From positions 64,001 through 128,000 of IMG/VR virus record IMGVR_UViG_3300045125_000040: a stretch of 64,000 nucleotides of DNA, one strand, 5' to 3'. The DNA comes from a virus. The translations under genes and the position numbers were made by a program. How positions within the stretch are numbered: the first letter of the stretch is position 1; each line of letters begins with the position of its first letter. The notes under the pieces are model-generated. The model had not been told where the DNA came from. It searched no databases and saw only the letters and a program-made list of their open reading frames with translations. Positions 32,419 to 43,323 of the stretch are shown piece after piece.

Positions 32419-33815
32419 ATGTATCTAGCCGAAGAAATTCAAAATAAGTGGGCACCCGTCCTAGACCATGATGCTCTTGGTACCATTAAGGACCAGCATC
32501 GTCGTTCAGTTACTGCAGTTATGCTTGAGAATACTGAGAAGGCACTCCGTGAGTCAGCTGCTCATGGTTCTTATCAGACTCTAACAGAAACTGATTCACT
32601 AACTCCTGTCAACATGATGGGTGCTTCAAGTTCAACAGCTGGTGCTGGTGGTATTGATACCTTCGACCCAGTTCTAATTTCACTAGTTCGTCGTGCAATG
32701 CCTAACCTCATTGCTTATGACATCTGCGGCGTACAGCCAATGACAGGTCCAACTGGACTTATCTTTGCTATGCGTTCAAAGTACAACAATCAGGGCAATG
32801 GTTCTGGCAACACTTCATTCGCTGGTGTTCAGGCCAACGAAACCTTCTATAATGAAGTTGATACTTCATTCTCAACTCGTGTTGATAACAAGACTGGTTT
32901 CGGTAACGCTCATATTGGTACCTATTCGAGTGCAACTAATACCACACCACTAACTGCTGTTTCACAGTATAACACTGGTTCTGGTATGTCAACTGCACAG
33001 GCAGAAGCTCTTGGAACTAGATTCCAACACAGCTTCCCACAGATGGCATTCTCAATCGAGAAGGTTACTGTTACTGCAAATACTCGTGCTCTAAAGGCAG
33101 AGTATACTCATGGAACTAGCACAGGATCTCAAGGCTATTCATGGTCTAGATGCTGAGACAGAGCTAGCCAATATTCTTTCTGCTGAGATTATGGCCGAAA
33201 TCAACCGTGAGGTTGTTCGTACCATCAATATCACTGCAGTTGCTGGCGCACTAGGATAATGTTACTACTGCTGGCGTCTTCGATCTTGACACCGACTCAA
33301 ACGGTCGTTGGTCAGTTGAGAAGTTTAAGGGCCTAATGTTCCAGCTAGAGCGTGAAGCTAACCAGATCGCCAAGCAGACACGTCGTGGTAAGGGTAACAT
33401 CGTTATCTGTTCTTCAGACGTTGCTTCTGCACTACAGATGGCTGGTGTTCTTGATTACGCTCCTGCTCTTAATTCAAACAACCTACAGGTTGACGATACT
33501 GGCAATACCTTCGCTGGTGTTCTAAATGGTCGTCTACGTGTTTACATTGATCCATATGCCATTGGTGGTAACTATATCACTGTTGGTTATAAGGGTTCAA
33601 GTGCATTCGACGCTGGCCTATTCTACTGCCCATACGTCCCACTACAGATGGTTCGTGCAGTTGATCAGTCAAGCTTCCAGCCAAAGATCGGCTTCAAGAC
33701 TCGTTACGGAATGGTTGCAAACCCATTCGCAGAGGGTCTTAATAAGGGTCTTGGTGGTCTTACTATCAATACTAACAAGTATTATCGTCGTGTGATTGTA
33801 AATAATCTCATGTAG
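32419..33815 (+). CDS. gp23: Major capsid protein (indels)
   Basis: DPVLISLVRRAMPNLIAYDICGVQPMTGPTGLIFAMR; FYCPYVPLQM; FQPKIGFKTRYG. Confidence 0.98.
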
Positions 33816-33839
33816 GACACGGAAAAACCATATTTGTGG

Positions 33840-33877
33840 TATAAATATTACCGGGAAGAAATTCCCCGGTTTTTTTA
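33840..33877 (+). terminator. Late promoter TATAAATA (33840-33847) followed by Rho-independent terminator
   Basis: ACCGGGAA-gaaa-TTCCCCGGT plus T run. Confidence 0.75.
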
Positions 33878-33891
33878 TTTGGAGAATAACA

Positions 33892-34551
33892 ATGGAAAAA
33901 TATGGGTTTGTATATATCTGGTATGATAAAAAAACGTAATATGTTTTATATTGGATCTCATTGGGGAACAGAAGATGATGGATATGTATGTTCATCAAAC
34001 TGGATGCGTGATGCATATAGATATCGTCCACAAGATTTTAAAAGACGTATTGTGACAAAAGTTTTTACTAATAGAGTTGATCTTTTGAAAGAAGAAGAAC
34101 GTTGGTTGTCTATGATAAAAGATGAAGAAATGGTAAAAGCTAATACCACATATGAGTCAAGAAAGAATGTTAAATATTATAATATTTCAAAGGTTATTAA
34201 AAATCCTTGGCATATGACAGAAGAAGGTGTTAAGACTATAGGTCAAAAAATTTCACACTCTAAAAAAGGAAAAAGTGTTCCGGCCCCACTAGAAGAGGAG
34301 CAGCTATATCAGCCGCTAAAAAAGGAAAAGCACTTACAGAAGAGCATAAAGAAGCTTTACGTGGAATAAAGAAAAAACCACACACTGATGAATGGAAAAA
34401 GAATAATTCTACTATGATGAAAAAAACATGGGCTAATGATGAAGAAAGAAAAAGAAAACATTCAGAAAGAATGAAAAAACGTTGGGAAGAATATAGACTA
34501 AATAAATCGTTAGACAAAGATCTAACAAATTCAAACTTTATGGGGGAGTAA
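33892..34551 (+). mobile_element. Free-standing GIY-YIG (Seg-like) homing endonuclease after gp23 (indels)
   Basis: MEKYGFVYIWYD...FYIGSHWG..DDGYVCSS..F.RRI..E..YYN; NUMOD3-like tail. Confidence 0.85.
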
Positions 34552-34564
34552 TCCCCCTTTTTTT
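34542..34564 (+). terminator. Rho-independent terminator
   Basis: GGGGGA-gtaa-TCCCCC plus T run. Confidence 0.75.
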
Positions 34565-34597
34565 ACATAAATAGTTGAAATAATACCAGGAGAAATT

Positions 34598-35330
34598 ATG
34601 AAATCTTTCTTAGAATATATATTAGAAGAAACACATAATGCTCCATCCGGAGTTATATTTGATGGTGATAAAAAAGCATATGTAGGTTCTCATCATGGGA
34701 AACCAATAATTTTATCTAATGATTTAAAATCAAAAATTCTAAATTTAGCAAAAGAATATGGAATTTGGTATGAAGGAAACGGTGATGACATTGCTCCGAA
34801 TATTAAACTATTTGGTAATAAAAAAGCATATGAAGGTTCTTGGGATAAAGAATTCGCTAAAACAGTAAAAGGTTATCCTATACATTTTATAGGTGGTATA
34901 TTTTCTAATGTAAAAGAAAACAATAGAGTTAAAAAACTTACATCACCAAATTTATCTATATTTGATGCTATAATAAAAAAACAAAAGGGTAATAAGTATT
35001 TTGAAGATCGTAGTTATAATGAACATGATCTTACTAAATTTCTAATTGCGGCTAGTGAAAACAATGTAGATTTTTTAAAAATGTCACAGTTGTCTGCAAC
35101 AGAAGAAAATATGCGTAAATTTCTTACTACTGGTGAAAAATTAATGTGGCCTGATAACTGGCAAGAGTATCCAAATAAACTAGGTAAATTGGCAAAGAAA
35201 GCCGAAGATGAAAGAAATAGGTTTGTTCTAAAACAGAAACAAGGGGTTTTTGTTTTTAGGTTCTGGACACTTATTAGAATTAAAAGCATTAGATAAAAGT
35301 CTTAAAATGATAGGCGGGGAAAAAGCATAA
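34598..35330 (+). CDS. Hypothetical protein, possible internal head protein
   Basis: N-terminus MKSFLEYILEE resembles the T4 capsid-targeting sequence; CATAAATA upstream; C-terminal indel. Confidence 0.55.
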
Positions 35331-35851
35331 TGTCAGCAATAGATAACACGCCACAGAATAAAAATTTCTTATCACCATTAAACTTTAAATTTTTTATAAA
35401 ACGTTCACCCCATGTTAACTTTTTTATCCAGAAGGTTAATATTCCTGATCTTGTATTGAAAAATGTAAATTACCCTAATCCTCTTGTAAATATACCTATT
35501 CCTCGTGAACACCTTGATTATGGAACTCTGAATATAACATTCAAAGTGGATGAAGATTTACAAAACTATATGGAATTACACAATTGGATTAGAGCATTAG
35601 GTAAACCAATAGATTATGATGAACATAGAGTATTAGCTCAAAAAGCTATTGTCACAGGAGAAGGTATCTTTTCAGATATCTCTTTGATGGTATTATCAAG
35701 CACTAAAATGGCGAATTACGAAGTTGTATTTGCAGATGCACATCCTGTCAGTTTAACCGGAATGGTATTTAATACTACAGATACAGATGTGAATTATATT
35801 GAGGCATCAGCATCATTTAAATATACCTATTATGAGATTAATAATATTTGA
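35330..35851 (+). CDS. gp3: Tail completion protein gp3
   Basis: NFLSPLNFKF..P.VNFF.Q.VNIP; F.VDEDL.NY.E.HNW; F.DAHP.SL. Confidence 0.9.
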   Translation: MSAIDNTPQNKNFLSPLNFKFFIKRSPHVNFFIQKVNIPDLVLKNVNYPNPLVNIPIPREHLDYGTLNITFKVDEDLQNYMELHNWIRALGKPIDYDEHRVLAQKAIVTGEGIFSDISLMVLSSTKMANYEVVFADAHPVSLTGMVFNTTDTDVNYIEASASFKYTYYEINNI

Positions 35852-35876
35852 CAAGTCCTATAAAGTATGATATGAT
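35848..35876 (+). promoter_or_regulatory. sigma70-type early promoter upstream of uvsY
   Basis: TTGACA-N17-TATGAT. Confidence 0.7.
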
Positions 35877-35900
35877 ATGTTGTTTACAATGGAGTGATAT

Positions 35901-36332
35901 ATGAATATTGAAGATATATTATCTGAATGGAAAGCTGATGGTAATATTGATAAAACTGAATTAGGTGATGAAGCATTAAAGAAGGCTAAACTTCATCACA
36001 AATATTATCAGATTTTAATCACAGAAAGACTAAAACTTAAAAAGCTTGATTCTGAATTAAAAATTCTCAAGCTTGAAAAGTATGAATATTACACTCAAGG
36101 CGCATCTCAAGAGCATATTGAAAAGGGATGGAAGCCTCTTAGTAAAATAATAATAAAATCAGAGATTCCTTTGTATATGGACAGTGATGCAGATATCATT
36201 CGTAAAAATCTTATCATTTCACAACAACAAGAAAAAGTAGATCTTATTATGGATATTTTAAAAGTGATTCACAATAGAGGATATGATGTGAAGAATGCCT
36301 TGGAATGGCAGAGATTCACCATGGGAGGATAA
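35901..36332 (+). CDS. uvsY: Recombination mediator UvsY
   Basis: W..D..ID..L..E......LHHKY; K.EYY.; Y...D; NRGY..KNA.EW.RF..G. Confidence 0.9.
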   Translation: MNIEDILSEWKADGNIDKTELGDEALKKAKLHHKYYQILITERLKLKKLDSELKILKLEKYEYYTQGASQEHIEKGWKPLSKIIIKSEIPLYMDSDADIIRKNLIISQQQEKVDLIMDILKVIHNRGYDVKNALEWQRFTMGG

Positions 36333-38827
36333 TGAAAGAAATTATTCAAATTGAAAAATATAATGAAGTTTATAATAGGATAAAAGCAGATCCTGGTATA
36401 ATCATGGAGATGAGTGATTATTTCACTTTTTCTGTGCCCGGAGCCAAATTTACTCCAGCATATAAGAACAAATATTGGGATGGTAAAATACGCCTTCTGA
36501 ATTCAATGACTGGTTTATTATATGGTGGACTTCTGAACTATGTAGAAGAATTTTGTAATTCAAGAAATTATGATATTGAATATATTTCAGATTTTTCTAC
36601 ACAAGAATTTTCTTTAAAAGAGGCCAATGATTTTGTCATAAATATTAAACCTGCGATGCAACCTAGAGATTATCAGCTAGATGCATTCGTTCATGCTGTG
36701 AGGGAAAGACGAGCATTGCTCCTTTCTCCCACAGCGTGTCATATGGCCGGGGATAAAGTTTTGATGTATTCAGGAGAATGGAAAAATATTGAAGATATTA
36801 AAATAGGTGAATATGTTATTGGTGAAGATGGACTACCAAAGAAAGTAATCAATACATTTAATGGAGAAGATGATTTATATCACATTCAACCAAAAAACAA
36901 TTCTTCTAAAATAACTGTCACTGGAAATCATCTTCTTCCTCTTAAATTTTCTGATTATTCTAAAAAATATGGTTATGGAAAAGGAGATAAAAATTTTATA
37001 GAAAATTTAAGTGTCGTTGAATATATTAACAAATCAAAATATTATAAACATTCTGCTAATATATTTTATAACAATAAAATTATTAATTTTGAAAATCAAA
37101 AAGATCCAGAAACTTTGTTGTCTCCATACTTTATTGGCTGTTATTTAGGTGATGGTCACTGTGGTTCTTGTGCTATAACAAATATAGATAAAGAAATTAT
37201 TGATGAAATATATAAACAAGCAGAAATATCATCTTGTAATGTTGTTATTAATCAAAACATAACTTATTTTTTAAGAGGTAAAATAGGAAAAAAATAAAAT
37301 ATTAGTCGAATTTGAAAAATGTGGTTTGTGTTTTTCTGGTAAAAATAAATTAAACTGTGGTAATAAATTTATACCAGACACATTATTAAAATCAACACCA
37401 GAATTTCGTTTTGAATTATTAGCTGGATTAATTGATACAGATGGAACACTTGATAAAAACACAAGTTTTGTTTTTACATCAAAATCATATATTTTAGCAA
37501 ATGATGTTTTGAAATTAGGAATTTCCTTGGATTTAGATGCAGTATCGCATCAAAATTAAATAAAAAATATAATAAAATCTATTATAATGTGAGAATATGT
37601 GGTGATATTGAAAAAATACCAGTAAGAATATCTAGAAAAAAATGTGTAAAAAAACTATAAAGGATAGTTATAGATCAAAGTTTGATGTGTTATACCATGG
37701 AAGGGATAAATACTATGGAATTCAGGTTGAAGATCATCTATACATAACAAATGATGGAATGATCACACATAATTCTGGTAAGTCCTTTATCATCTATTTA
37801 CTTGTGAGGTATTATGCGAAAAGAACTCTTATTATTGTACCAACTACTTCTCTTGTTAGTCAGCTTGCCAGTGATTTTGCTGACTATGGCTTCGACTCTG
37901 ATGCTTACGTACATCGTGTCTTTGCTGGACAGGATAAGGGATCAACAAAACCAATCACAATCACAACTTGGCAGAGCATATACAAATTACCTAGCGAATT
38001 CTTTAGTGACTTTGATGTTGTCATCGGAGACGAAGCTCATCTCTTCAAAGCAAAATCTCTTACTTCTATACTTGCTAAGATACCCAATGCACGCTACCGT
38101 TTTGGATTTACCGGAACATTGGATGGTACTCAAACCCACCGCCTCGTTCTTGAAGGACTCTTTGGACCAGTCAGAAAAGTAATTTCTACTGCAGAACTGA
38201 TTGAAAAGAAGCATCTAGCAGAGTTTAATATCAAAGCCATTGTTCTTTCTTATCCAGATGACATAAGAAAGATGATAGCAAGATCAAAATGATTATCAAT
38301 CAGAGATTGACTATCTTGTTAGGTGTGAAGCCAGAAATAAATTTATTACAAACCTTGTACAATCATTAGAGGGTAATACTCTTTTACTTTTTCAGTTCGT
38401 TGAGAAGCATGGAAAGGTATTATATAATAGTCTGATTAATGAATCAAGTGATAGAAAAATATTTTTTGTTTCTGGTTCAGTTGATGGTGAACAACGTGAA
38501 GAAATAAGAAGGATTGTTGAGAATGAACGGAACGCTATTATTGTTGCTTCTTTTGGTACTTTTTCTACCGGCGTCAATATTAAGAATTTGCATAATATTA
38601 TTTTTGCTAGTCCTTCAAAGTCAAGAGTTAGAAACTTGCAAAGCATCGGTAGAGGCTTACGTAAGTCGGATAGTAAAAACAGTTCCACTCTCTACGACAT
38701 CAGTGACGACTTATCCTGGAAGTCCAAACGAAACTTCACGCTCTTACACTTCATGGAGCGAATAAAGATATATAATGAAGAAAAGTTCAATTATAAACTG
38801 TATAAAGTTTCACTGTGTATTAAATAA
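36332..38827 (+). CDS. uvsW: UvsW helicase containing an intein (indels)
   Basis: WDGKIRL, PRDYQ, LLSPTA|SGKS, IVPTTSLV, GDEAH, GFTGTL, TFSTGVNI.NLH, QSIGRGLR. Confidence 0.95.
36737..37773 (+). mobile_element. Intein with LAGLIDADG endonuclease inside the UvsW Walker A motif
   Basis: N-terminal CHMAGDKV, block B VTGNHLL, GCYLGDG and LAGLIDTDG, C-terminal ITHN followed by Ser (SGKS). Confidence 0.93.
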
Positions 38828-38848
38828 TATCTTCATGGTCACAGTATT

Positions 38849-38876
38849 ATTATACAGGGAATAAAAAATATGTCAA
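38849..38876 (-). promoter_or_regulatory. sigma70-type promoter on the minus strand pointing into the 3' end of uvsW
   Basis: Reverse complement reads TTGACA-N16-TATAAT; the spacer contains a homopolymer. Confidence 0.6.
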
Positions 38877-38902
38877 GTTAAATTTTGTTAATGTGAGGAA
38901 AA

Positions 38903-39483
38903 ATGAAAAGTACAGATAATGATTACAATCAGCCTAGTCCTTCCAAGAAGAGAAAGACCAACTATATCAATAACAAAACTTTATATGGAGCTATGATTCA
39001 TTACAAAAATGACATACAACACGCTTTAGAACATGATGCGGATAAACCAAAAATTCCTAACTATATTGGTGAATCTATTCTTTTGATTTGTAACAATTTA
39101 GCAAAGAAACCAAACTTTTCTGGGTATACATACAAACAGGATATGATTAATGACGGTATCATGGATTGTGTTGCAGCTGTAGACAATTTTAATCCAGATA
39201 AAACAAACAACCCTTTTGCGTATTTTACACAGATTGCATGGAATGCGTTTTTACGTAGAATACAAAAAGAGAAAAAACAGACATATATAAAGCATAAGAA
39301 TTTTGAGAATTCATACCTATTCACAGAGATTTTTGAAGATGCTAATCATGCTATGCATTTGAAATCCAATGATTATTCTAATGAGATTGTAAAATCTTAT
39401 GAAGAGAAATTGACAAAGACGAAAAAATCTGTTAAACTGGTTGGACTTGAAAATTTGCTGAAGGAGTTAAAAATGAAGAATGA
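38903..39483 (+). CDS. gp55: Late-transcription sigma factor gp55
   Basis: NYINNK..PNYIGE.I..I...L..KPNF.GY.Y..DMI.DG..NF.P.K..NPFAYFTQI.WNAFLRRI.KEKKQ; end approximate (apparent indel fuses it to the next gene). Confidence 0.93.
39410..39438 (+). promoter_or_regulatory. sigma70-type promoter within the 3' end of gp55
   Basis: TTGACA-N17-TAAACT. Confidence 0.55.
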
Positions 39484-39661
39484 ACATCTTGTTCCTGTTA
39501 ACATTCAGGATATTGTAGGAAGACTTAGCGAGAATAATCTAACTCAGAACGAAAGGTTTGTTCTGATTCAGCGTCTTGAAGCCATTCGTGATTATTGCAC
39601 AGATGCTGTAAAGAAGCATAACTTTGTTGATATGGGTCAGGTTTGGTCAAGAAAGAAGTAA
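39473..39661 (+). CDS. Hypothetical protein
   Basis: Own RBS AAGGAG before MKNEHLVPVNIQD. Confidence 0.6.
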   Translation: MKNEHLVPVNIQDIVGRLSENNLTQNERFVLIQRLEAIRDYCTDAVKKHNFVDMGQVWSRKK

Positions 39662-39670
39662 GATAAATCT

Positions 39671-40726
39671 ATGAAAATAGCAGTAATTACTGATTCACAT
39701 GCGGGAGTCAAAAATGACTCCCTTGCTTTTCATGACTATATGAAGAGGTTTTATGATTTTTTTTATGAATACCTTGACGCTAACAATATCTCAACTGTCA
39801 TCCATTGCGGGGATATTATTGATCGTCGTAAGTATATTAACATTTATACTGCTTATCGTTTACGCAAGGACTTGATTGATCCTGCGATGCAGCGTAATAT
39901 TAAATGGCATCAGATCCTTGGTAATCATGATGTTTCCTTTAAAAATACTAATGATGTCAGTTCTTTTCGAGAGCTTTTTCATGCATATCCCCTAAATATA
40001 TATGATCAGGCAACAGAGATTGAACTAGGTGGTATTAATATTCTTCTGTTGCCTTGGATCAATGAAGAAAACAGGGAACATGCCCTAAAGCTAATTAAGG
40101 AAACTAATGCTCAAATTTGTTTCGGACATCTTGAAATTCAAGGTTTCGAAATGTATAAAGGATCTCCCGTATCTCATGGAGACGATCCTAAATTGTTTGA
40201 AAGATTTGATTTCGTTGCTAGTGGTCACTATCATCATAGGTCAAGCCGTGGTAATATTAATTATTTGGGGAGTGCTGCAGAGTATACTTGGTCTGATTAT
40301 AATGATCCACGAGGCTTTAATATATTTGACACAGAAACCAGAAAACTAACATTTATTGAAAACCCATTTAAAATGTTTCATAAGTTTTGGTATAATGATG
40401 AAAAGACTAATTTCCTAGAACAGGAAATAGATTACACGCAGTTTGCTAACAAATGTGTGAAGGTAATCATTCAAACCAAAAACAATCCTTACTTTTTTGA
40501 AACATTTATTGATAAGGTTCAGAAACAAAATCCGGTAGATTTACAGGTAGTTGAAGATCATCTTAATCTTGGATTAGAAGATGATCAAGAGATTGTGGAT
40601 GAAGCAGAATCAACATTACAGATATTTAAGAATTATATTAATAATGTTGATGCTAAAGGAATTGACAAAACCAAATTAGAAAATAAAATTAATGAACTAT
40701 ATCATGAAGCTTTGACGCTGGAGTAA
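39671..40726 (+). CDS. gp47: Recombination endonuclease subunit (Mre11/SbcD-like)
   Basis: ITDSHAG, HCGDIIDRRK, GNHD, GHLE, SGHYH. Confidence 0.95.
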   Translation: MKIAVITDSHAGVKNDSLAFHDYMKRFYDFFYEYLDANNISTVIHCGDIIDRRKYINIYTAYRLRKDLIDPAMQRNIKWHQILGNHDVSFKNTNDVSSFRELFHAYPLNIYDQATEIELGGINILLLPWINEENREHALKLIKETNAQICFGHLEIQGFEMYKGSPVSHGDDPKLFERFDFVASGHYHHRSSRGNINYLGSAAEYTWSDYNDPRGFNIFDTETRKLTFIENPFKMFHKFWYNDEKTNFLEQEIDYTQFANKCVKVIIQTKNNPYFFETFIDKVQKQNPVDLQVVEDHLNLGLEDDQEIVDEAESTLQIFKNYINNVDAKGIDKTKLENKINELYHEALTLE

Positions 40727-40729
40727 ATT

Positions 40730-41146
40730 ATGTCTGTTCTTGATGATATTATTATGAAACATTGTCTTATTAGTAAGAATCAACCAGATGCGCTTGGTGA
40801 AATTCTCAGGAGTTGGGCATTCAAAAAAGAATACGGATGTTATTCTTGTTTTGATTTGATTGAAGAGTTTCAAAAGGTAGAAGTCACACCACGAGAATTT
40901 AAATTACTTTGGGGTCGTGAATATGATTCAAACAATAAAGATGATTATTGGGGGTTTGATGAAAAAAATGCATTTGAAGAAATTGAATGGTTCAAGCATC
41001 CTAATGGTATTGAAGTAGGGTGGCACTGGGATGGTGATGGTCTATTAGGTTTTTATATTCCTGAAATGGAAGATGAATATTATGATGGAACTCTGACTAA
41101 TTCTGATTGTAAAAAGAATTATGGATGGGAATTTGGTGAGAAATGA
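40730..41146 (+). CDS. Hypothetical protein
   Basis: 138-aa ORF between gp47 and gp46. Confidence 0.6.
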   Translation: MSVLDDIIMKHCLISKNQPDALGEILRSWAFKKEYGCYSCFDLIEEFQKVEVTPREFKLLWGREYDSNNKDDYWGFDEKNAFEEIEWFKHPNGIEVGWHWDGDGLLGFYIPEMEDEYYDGTLTNSDCKKNYGWEFGEK

Positions 41147-42847
41147 TAAAATTCAAAAAGATACGATGGAAAAATTTTCTTTCAACTGGCAACGTCTTTA
41201 CAGAAATTACTCTGAACAGTTCGGAGACTACGCTTATTGTTGGCACGAACGGGGCTGGAAAGTCTACACTTCTAGATGCACTGTCTTTTGGAATGTTTGG
41301 AAAACCATTCCGAAAAATCAACAAGCCTCAACTTCTAAACTCAATCAATCAGAAAAACCTGGTTGTTGAGGTAGAATTTTCTATTGGTACAAACGAATAC
41401 AAAGTCATTCGTGGTATCAAACCAAGTGTCTTTGAAGTCTATAAGAATGATAGTCTATTAAATCAATCTGCAGAATCAAAAGATTACCAAGAGATCCTTG
41501 AAAATCAAATCTTAAAAGTTAATCATAAATCTTTTTGTCAAGTAGTAATCCTTGGCTCTGCAACATTTCAACCTTTTATGCAGCTTCCTGCTGCACAGAG
41601 ACGTGATATCATTGAAGATCTATTGGACTTACAGATCTTCTCTACTATGAATGTCTTATTAAAAGATAAAGTTTCTCTTAATAAAGAAGAATTAGAATCA
41701 ATCAATTCTGATAAAAAGGTTCTAGAGTCAAAGATTGAAATGACAAAAGAACATATGAAAGAAATTCAGATCAATAATGAAAAATTGATTGAGGAGAAGA
41801 AAGCTTTAATTAAAGATGCAGATGACCAGATTAAAGAATATACAGAGAAATATAATTTCTTTTTGGACGTTATTACTACTCTAAAACTAGAGCTTGATGA
41901 TGATAACTCAATCAAAGATAAACTTAACAAATTATCAAAATTACGCAATCAAATTGAGATTAAAATTGATCTTTTAAACAAAGAAGTAAAATTTTTAAAT
42001 GATCATACTAGTTGCCCAACATGCAAAACAAGATATTGATGAGTTTTTTGAGTGAAGAGTATTGAAAAAATAAAAAAGATATTACTGTTAAAAAAGATGG
42101 GATCAAAAAGCTTAATGAAGAGTATGAAAATCTAAACGATAAACTGAATCAGATTATTAAAAAGAATGATGAAATTCAAAGACATGAAATGAAAAAATTG
42201 AATTAAGAACATCAATTTCTTCTTTGTCTAGGTATATTGATCAGTTAGATTCAGATATTAAAAGATTGATCTTGTTCATAAAGAAAGATCAGACACCAAA
42301 TTATTGGATTATGAAACTGAACTAAAAAGAATTGAAGAGAAATTTAATGAACTAACGGATGAAAAAAACATTCTTTCTGCTGCTTCTGTTCTATTGAAGG
42401 ACAATGGCATCAAGTCAAAGATTATTAAACAATATATACCAATTATTAATAAACTTATTAATAAGTATCTCGCTTCAATGGATTTCTTTGTATCCTTTGA
42501 ATTAGATGAAAATTTCAATGAGGTAATCAAGTCAAGGTATAGGGACGAATTTACTTATGCATCTTTTTCAGAAGGTGAAAAACAAAAGATTGACTTGGCT
42601 CTTTTGTTCACGTGGAGAGCAGTTGCAAAGTTAAGAAATTCTATTAATACAAATCTATTAATTATGGATGAAGTATTTGATTCTTCTCTGGATCAAAATG
42701 CAACGGATTATCTAATGACATATCATACGTGAAGTTTCTAATGACAATAATATAATTGTTATATCACATAAGGAACATATGAATGAGAAATTTACAAATG
42801 TTATCAAGTTTGTGAAACATAAAAGTTTCTCAGAGATAGGAGAATAA
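41143..42847 (+). CDS. gp46: Recombination ATPase (Rad50/SbcC-like; indels)
   Basis: WKNFLSTGN, GTNGAGKST, CPTC zinc hook, FSEGEKQKIDLAL, MDEVFDSSLD. Confidence 0.95.
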
Positions 42848-42853
42848 TACGAC

Positions 42854-43323
42854 ATGAATTTAAATAATACATATTTATTAGAACCATGTGAATCTTTTGA
42901 TTTTAAAATCCTCCATTTGATGCTATTCAATATGCACAAACTTTAATGAAGTTTATGTATGAAAAGAATGCACTTGGCTTGGCAGCGAATCAGGTAGGAA
43001 CACCATACAGAATTTTTGCTATGAGAGGGTCTCCAGAAAATTTCGTATGTTATAATCCAAGGATTGTAGAAAAAAGTCAAAAAGAAATAGTTTTAGAAGA
43101 AGGGTGTTTATCATATCCTAATTTAATTATTAAGATAAAAAGACCGGAATCAATTAGAGTCAGGTTCTCAACACCTAATGGCGATACTATAACAAAACAA
43201 TTCACGGGAATGACCGCCAGAGTATTTCAACACGAATATGATCATTTAGAGGGTATTCGTTTTTATGATAAAGCTAATAGATTTCACCGTGACCAAGCTA
43301 TGAGAAAGTGGAAAAATAAATGA
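42854..43323 (+). CDS. def: Peptide deformylase (indel near start)
   Basis: GLAANQVG, EEGCLS, QHEYDHLEG. Confidence 0.93.

Noticed and set aside
38903-39661. gp55 with a novel C-terminal fusion
   Set aside because: An internal AAGGAG RBS, an ATG at 39473 and an upstream promoter indicate a separate gene joined by an indel
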